Positions 41,386 to 45,382 of a stretch of 45,382 bases of DNA are shown piece after piece; the stretch's first letter is position 1; each line of letters starts with the position of its first letter. The position numbers were made by a program, and so were the translations under genes. The notes beneath the pieces were generated by a model, which was not told the origin of the DNA, searched no databases, and worked only from the letters and a program-made list of their open reading frames with translations. This DNA is from a virus: the IMG/VR virus record IMGVR_UViG_3300029515_000010, positions 1 to 45,382 of that record; one strand, given 5' to 3'.

Positions 41386-41622
41386 ATGCGGTTAATTGAT
41401 GCAGACGAAATAATTGATTCTCTTGGAGGCTCAGATATGGATTTTGCAATAGGTGCAGTTATTGACGAGCAGCCGACAGTTTTTGATGTGGACAAGGTCA
41501 TTAGTGAATTGAAAAGAGATAAATTCATTGAATCAGAATGTATCTTGTCTGACGTACATCAAGGATATAATGCTGGGCTGAACAGAGCAATAGAAATTGT
41601 GAAAGGTGGTGGAGTTGAATGA
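41386..41622 (+). CDS. Hypothetical protein, RLIDAD-family paralog 1
   Basis: 78 aa. RLIDADEII ... EQPTVFDVDKV ... AIEIVKGG. Confidence 0.5.
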   Translation: MRLIDADEIIDSLGGSDMDFAIGAVIDEQPTVFDVDKVISELKRDKFIESECILSDVHQGYNAGLNRAIEIVKGGGVE

Positions 41623-41912
41623 GCAGATTAATTGACGCTGATAAATTAATCCAAGAAATGAGCGAATGGTATTGGGATAAAGAAAAGCAGAAAGCTGCGG
41701 AAAATGATGTTTCTCCGATGGATTTATTTACACATCTTGCAATTACAACTGTTCAAGAACAGCCGACAGCTTTTGATGTAGACAAGGTTGTAGAGCAGTT
41801 GAAAACAAAAAAGACAAGAACTGCTGCATTACAGAAAGCATCGGAGTATTTCGAGGGTGAAACTGATGCGTTTGAAGTTGCAATCAAAATCGTGAAGGAT
41901 GGGGAGAGTTGA
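41619..41912 (+). CDS. Hypothetical protein, RLIDAD-family paralog 2
   Basis: 97 aa. RLIDADKLI ... EQPTAFDVDKV ... AIKIVKDG. Confidence 0.5.
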   Translation: MSRLIDADKLIQEMSEWYWDKEKQKAAENDVSPMDLFTHLAITTVQEQPTAFDVDKVVEQLKTKKTRTAALQKASEYFEGETDAFEVAIKIVKDGES

Positions 41913-42155
41913 ATGAGTAGTGCAAGTGTAAGATTCGGAACAAAAGCATATGTATGCGCAAGATACTTTCTCAGACCGGGTAAATGTTTCAAATACATCG
42001 ACCAGCGTGGCGAGGACACCACAGAACACGTCTATGAGGTCATGACATTATATCCGTACTGTGTCCTGTTAAGAGATACTAGAAACGGGGTCAGGACTTG
42101 CCCGGGGTATAATACTTTGAACCTGATGCTGAGAGGAAGTGAAGTAGGTGAGTAA
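41913..42155 (+). CDS. Hypothetical protein
   Basis: 80 aa, packed in the operon. Confidence 0.4.
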   Translation: MSSASVRFGTKAYVCARYFLRPGKCFKYIDQRGEDTTEHVYEVMTLYPYCVLLRDTRNGVRTCPGYNTLNLMLRGSEVGE

Positions 42156-42456
42156 ATCAGTATTAGTAATAGATACACCAGAGAATTGCTATGATTGCCC
42201 GTTCGGAACTTCATACTGCGGCGAACTTGAATATGAGGGATACTGTGAATTAGCCGATTGTTTAGATTATGATGTAATTCTGATGACAGAAGAACATTAT
42301 GATTACGAAAGCAAATCAAGACCTGATTGGTGTCCGCTTATGGACTTGCCAGAGAAAGACAATGGAAATTATCCGGCTAATACATTTGATGCAGGATTTG
42401 TGGAGGGTTGGAATCAGTGCATTGATGAGATTGCAGGAGGTGAAGTAGATGATTGA
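42148..42456 (+). CDS. Cys-rich hypothetical protein
   Basis: 102 aa. PENCYDCPF ... RPDWCPLMDLPE ... GWNQCIDEIAGG. Confidence 0.5.
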   Translation: MSKSVLVIDTPENCYDCPFGTSYCGELEYEGYCELADCLDYDVILMTEEHYDYESKSRPDWCPLMDLPEKDNGNYPANTFDAGFVEGWNQCIDEIAGGEVDD

Positions 42457-42826
42457 TTTAGCGAATAAATGCGTATTAATCAGAACGTATGAAGAGTATG
42501 AAAATATTCTGAAAGTAGCAAAGAAACAGGGATATAGATGGTACGGCGGAAAAGAAGCGTATCCATATCCCTTTGAAGAGCAGCAGATCCCGGATATATT
42601 AAAGTTCTATGGCAATAAAGAACTAACAAGAAATGCCGACCTTGCACCGGGATATGAATTAGTAAAAGCATCAGACGTAATTGAATATGAGAAGGAGCTC
42701 AAAGAGGCTATAAGACTTGCTAGAATATTTGTTAAAAACCCAGACAGAACATTGATTGACTCGCTTATTAAGTCCTTAAAGTTGCTTGCAGATACTGTAG
42801 AAAGTCAGATGAAAGAGGTGAAGTAG
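42449..42826 (+). CDS. Hypothetical protein
   Basis: 125 aa. Confidence 0.45.
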   Translation: MIDLANKCVLIRTYEEYENILKVAKKQGYRWYGGKEAYPYPFEEQQIPDILKFYGNKELTRNADLAPGYELVKASDVIEYEKELKEAIRLARIFVKNPDRTLIDSLIKSLKLLADTVESQMKEVK

Positions 42827-43159
42827 ATGGAGAGATTAACAGAAAGAGAAAGAAATGTTGATGGTACAGGAGTTGCAAAAGAAGAAATTACGGATGGATT
42901 ATTAAAACCGTTTGCGGATAAAATTCTTACGAAACTTGCTGTTTATGAAGACTTAGAAGAACAGGGATTGCTTGTGAGATTGCCGTGTAAGGTTGGAACA
43001 GAAGTATATTACATCTTAGGTATTCCAAATAAGACACCATGTACAATCGACAAGTGCGTATTTGAGTTGTCGGATATAGATAAAATCGGTGAATCATTAT
43101 TTCTCACCCGTGAAGAAGCTGAGAAGAAGTTGGAGGAGATGAAGAATGACAAGGCCTGA
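42827..43159 (+). CDS. Hypothetical protein (MERLTER-type)
   Basis: 110 aa. MERLTERE...LAVYEDLEEQGLLVRLPCKVGTEVYY is common in Firmicutes phages, from memory. Confidence 0.5.
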   Translation: MERLTERERNVDGTGVAKEEITDGLLKPFADKILTKLAVYEDLEEQGLLVRLPCKVGTEVYYILGIPNKTPCTIDKCVFELSDIDKIGESLFLTREEAEKKLEEMKNDKA

Positions 43160-43631
43160 GATTACGGCAGAATTATCAACCATGATTGAAAAGAAAATCA
43201 ATCCGAACAACGATCCTCGTATCTACTGGGCAAAAGAGGTGACGTTTGATTATTCTACAAACCATGCAGTTAGAGTGGACTATATGAAATTTGTTCCAGT
43301 GAACAATAGTGTTTCCGGGATAGAAAAAGGTGATTGCTATTGCTATGAAATCAAGTCATCTATTGAAGATTTCAAATCTGGCCATGGATTGAATTTCATT
43401 GGAGATTACAATTATTTGGTTATGCCAGGGGAATTAGCTGCAACAGTATTTTTGAAAATCCCGTATCATGTAGGAATATATGTCCCAGAAGGAAACGAAC
43501 TTATATGTGCCAAGAAAGCCAAACGAGCCAACAGAGCGAGGCCTGTATCTGAAATACTTCTGATGATGTTTCGGTCTGCAAACAGAGATTACAGGAAAAC
43601 GGTAAAGAAACTGGAGGAGATGAAGAAATGA
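43146..43631 (+). CDS. PD-(D/E)xK nuclease-fold protein (MmcB-like)
   Basis: 161 aa. VDYMKF ... CYCYEIKSSIEDF fits a D...E-x-K pattern. Confidence 0.45.
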   Translation: MTRPEITAELSTMIEKKINPNNDPRIYWAKEVTFDYSTNHAVRVDYMKFVPVNNSVSGIEKGDCYCYEIKSSIEDFKSGHGLNFIGDYNYLVMPGELAATVFLKIPYHVGIYVPEGNELICAKKAKRANRARPVSEILLMMFRSANRDYRKTVKKLEEMKK

Positions 43632-43837
43632 ATAACAAACCTACACCAGACATAACGCCAAACCTTGCTATATCAGCATACCACGTACTACAGCAATATT
43701 GTACTGGACAGCCAGCGGATTGCAAAGGCTGCGGATTCTACGAATACTGTCCAGAATGTTTTCAAGGCATACCATGTGACTGGAGCTTGAATGAAGAAGG
43801 TGAAATAAATGAAACTGAGAAAGGCAACACTGATTGA
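43628..43837 (+). CDS. Small Cys-rich protein
   Basis: 69 aa. CTGQPADCKGCGFYEYCPECFQGIPC. Confidence 0.45.
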   Translation: MNNKPTPDITPNLAISAYHVLQQYCTGQPADCKGCGFYEYCPECFQGIPCDWSLNEEGEINETEKGNTD

Positions 43838-44105
43838 CTACGGAGTGCCGCCGGATGATATACCGACATTACAAAGTCACTTGCGGAATCTTAGTGAGAG
43901 CGATAAATATAATCTGTTACAGGTATCTATCAAATATGCGCCCGGCATCGAATCACAAATCTATGACAGCATTGTGAACAGTATCGGCTATCGAACGATG
44001 GAGAAGATCAGAACGGTTCCTGCAACGGAGAATGACTTTTATGGCTACAAACGCAAGGTCATGGCGGAATACTATCATCTGGCCAAATTGATTGGCAGAC
44101 TTTAA
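43809..44105 (+). CDS. Putative late transcription regulator, paralog B (RinA / sigma-region-4-like C-terminus)
   Basis: 98 aa. It is the last gene before the terminase, the position occupied by late activators in many Firmicutes phages. Paralog of 41071..41385. Confidence 0.5.
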   Translation: MKLRKATLIDYGVPPDDIPTLQSHLRNLSESDKYNLLQVSIKYAPGIESQIYDSIVNSIGYRTMEKIRTVPATENDFYGYKRKVMAEYYHLAKLIGRL

Positions 44106-44122
44106 AAAACTTAAAAATTTAT

Positions 44123-44137
44123 AAAAGTGGTAGAGAG
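44123..44137 (+). promoter_or_regulatory. Second copy of the box AAAAGTGGTAGAGAG
   Basis: Identical 15-mer to 9151-9165. A TATTAT hexamer at 44158-44163 lies 20 nt downstream. Confidence 0.45.
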
Positions 44138-44143
44138 CTATGT

Positions 44144-44201
44144 ACGCCCTAGTATGGTATTATAGTATATATAACTATAACTATGCTAGGGCGTTTTAAT
44201 T
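44144..44201 (+). terminator. Long hairpin plus T-run immediately upstream of terL
   Basis: ACGCCCTAG (44144-44152) pairs with CTAGGGCGT (44186-44194). The stem is extendable by five more pairs, including two G:U. TTTTAATT follows. Confidence 0.55.
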
Positions 44202-44215
44202 CAGAAAGGATATGA

Positions 44216-45382
44216 TTGGATGTTAATAGGATGGCAAACGAGGAAAATTTAAAACCTTTTAAACCTGGTCGAAGCAGTGAGGAAGCAGCGAAAAACGGCC
44301 AAAAAGGCGGCATTGCTTCTGGTCAGTCTCGCCGTCAAAAGAAAACCCTTTCTGAATTAGCAAAAATGATAGCTGAGAACCCTGCTCCGACTGCTGCAAA
44401 GAAGAAACTCACAAAAATGGGAATATCTGATGAGGATGCAAATAACAATGCCTGTATTGTAGCTGCCGTATATAATAAAGCCATCAAAGGAAATATGCAG
44501 GCAGTGGACAAATGGGAACAGTTGGTAGCCGTATCAAAATCAGACGAAAGCAAATATGAGCTTCCTGCCAGAGTACTTGGTAAGGCATTCGTGGATATTA
44601 ACCGGCAAATCAAGCCTAATATCGAATATGTATTCGAGGGTGGTCGAGGCAGTCTGAAATCTTCATTCGTAGCTTTTAAGATTGTTGAACTTATTAAGAA
44701 CAATCCTCAGATGCACGCCTGCATTACAAGACAGGTGGCCGGTACTCTGAAAGATTCCGTATATGCTAACATGAAATGGGCTATCAACGAACTTGGACTG
44801 ATGGAAGAATTTGAATGTAAGGTGTCGCCGCTTGAAATCAAATATATTAAGACGGGGCAGACAATATACTTCCGTGGTCTGGACGATGAAACCAAGCTGA
44901 AATCCATTAAGCCGGAATTTGGCTACATTGGAATCCTCTGGAAAGAGGAAAAAGATCAAATGAAGGGAGATGCTCAGGAACGTTCTGTTAATCAGTCAGT
45001 GCTTCGTGGTGGTGACGAGTCCTATGATTTTTCATCGTATAACCCACCAAAATCAAAAACAAACTGGGTAAACAGGATTAAGCTCATGCCTAACCCAAAA
45101 AGAGTTATCCATCATTCGAGTTATCTGGAAGCTCCGGCGGAGTGGCTCGGACAGAAGTTTATTGACGATGCAGCACATCTGAAAGAAATCAATCCAGAAG
45201 CCTATGAACATGAATACCTGGGTGTCCCGAATGGTGACGGCGGAAACGTATTTGAGTATCTGGAAATCAGAGATATTACAGACGAAGAGATCAGCCACAT
45301 GGACCGCATTTTCGCTGGTGTAGATTATGGATGGTACCCGGATGCCTTCTGCTATCTCCGAACTTATTATGATTCTGCCAGA
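44216..45382 (+). CDS. terL: Terminase large subunit, N-terminal part, with a TerS-like N-terminal extension. It continues at 1..498.
   Basis: Hand translation is open to the window end. TTG 44216 lies 5 nt after AAAGGA; ATG 44231 is the alternative start. Walker A FEGGRGSLKS at about residue 137 and Walker B GILWKEE. The first ~100 aa read NLKPFKPGRSSEEAAKNGQKGGIASGQSRRQKK. Confidence 0.85.
   Translation, partial: MDVNRMANEENLKPFKPGRSSEEAAKNGQKGGIASGQSRRQKKTLSELAKMIAENPAPTAAKKKLTKMGISDEDANNNACIVAAVYNKAIKGNMQAVDKWEQLVAVSKSDESKYELPARVLGKAFVDINRQIKPNIEYVFEGGRGSLKSSFVAFKIVELIKNNPQMHACITRQVAGTLKDSVYANMKWAINELGLMEEFECKVSPLEIKYIKTGQTIYFRGLDDETKLKSIKPEFGYIGILWKEEKDQMKGDAQERSVNQSVLRGGDESYDFSSYNPPKSKTNWVNRIKLMPNPKRVIHHSSYLEAPAEWLGQKFIDDAAHLKEINPEAYEHEYLGVPNGDGGNVFEYLEIRDITDEEISHMDRIFAGVDYGWYPDAFCYLRTYYDSAR
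45284..45382. repeat. 99-bp exact duplicate of bases 1-99 (circular-assembly overlap or terminal redundancy)
   Basis: Base-by-base identity was read directly. It lies inside terL and is in phase. Confidence 0.9.

Noticed and set aside
1-45382. CRISPR arrays, transposase or IS elements, and stop-codon reassignment.
   Set aside because: No regularly spaced direct repeats and no transposase-like ORFs were seen. Genes are contiguous and full-length under the standard code, with no in-frame TAG or TGA pile-ups.

Overview
The window is a complete temperate siphovirus-type phage genome, opened inside the large terminase gene. Bases 1-99 are identical to 45284-45382, so the unique length is 45,283 bp. 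Strong GGAGG-type ribosome-binding sites, a Cheo-type LexA box and the holin and endolysin types point to a low-GC Gram-positive, Clostridia-like, possibly spore-forming host. That host assignment is inference only.

Gene order:
- terL, portal, then a reverse-strand moron and a minor capsid protein.
- A 5.9-kb accessory island (3712-9607). It holds a reverse-strand 5-gene cassette, a forward 5-gene cassette of low-complexity Asn/Gln/Cys-rich proteins, a tRNA-like minihelix and tRNA-Asn.
- Scaffold, major capsid with an Ig-like tail, and connector genes interrupted by a Zn-ribbon, holin and HNH insertion.
- Major tail protein, chaperones, tape measure, a 1589-aa tail or host-recognition protein, a fibre and an endolysin.
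- attP and integrase, the lysogeny switch and an antirepressor.
- ERF, SSB, ERCC4 nuclease, CHC2 zinc finger and a DUF927-type helicase, followed by an iteron origin.
- About 25 small early or middle genes, including a LexA-DNA-binding-domain-only protein, a PAPS-reductase-like PP-loop enzyme and two paralogous RinA-like regulators.

Most interesting:
1. The unexplained Asn/Gln/Cys-rich cassette at 6528-9143.
2. A perfect SOS box on a consensus promoter that drives a 32-codon ORF convergent with the CI-like repressor.
3. The reverse-strand cassette, which has a consensus promoter, a palindromic operator and a very acidic protein.
4. A duplicated 15-bp box, each copy followed by a terminator-like hairpin, ahead of the two late blocks.
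5. A TerS-like N-terminal extension fused to TerL.

All family names come from reading the translations from memory. No searches were run.
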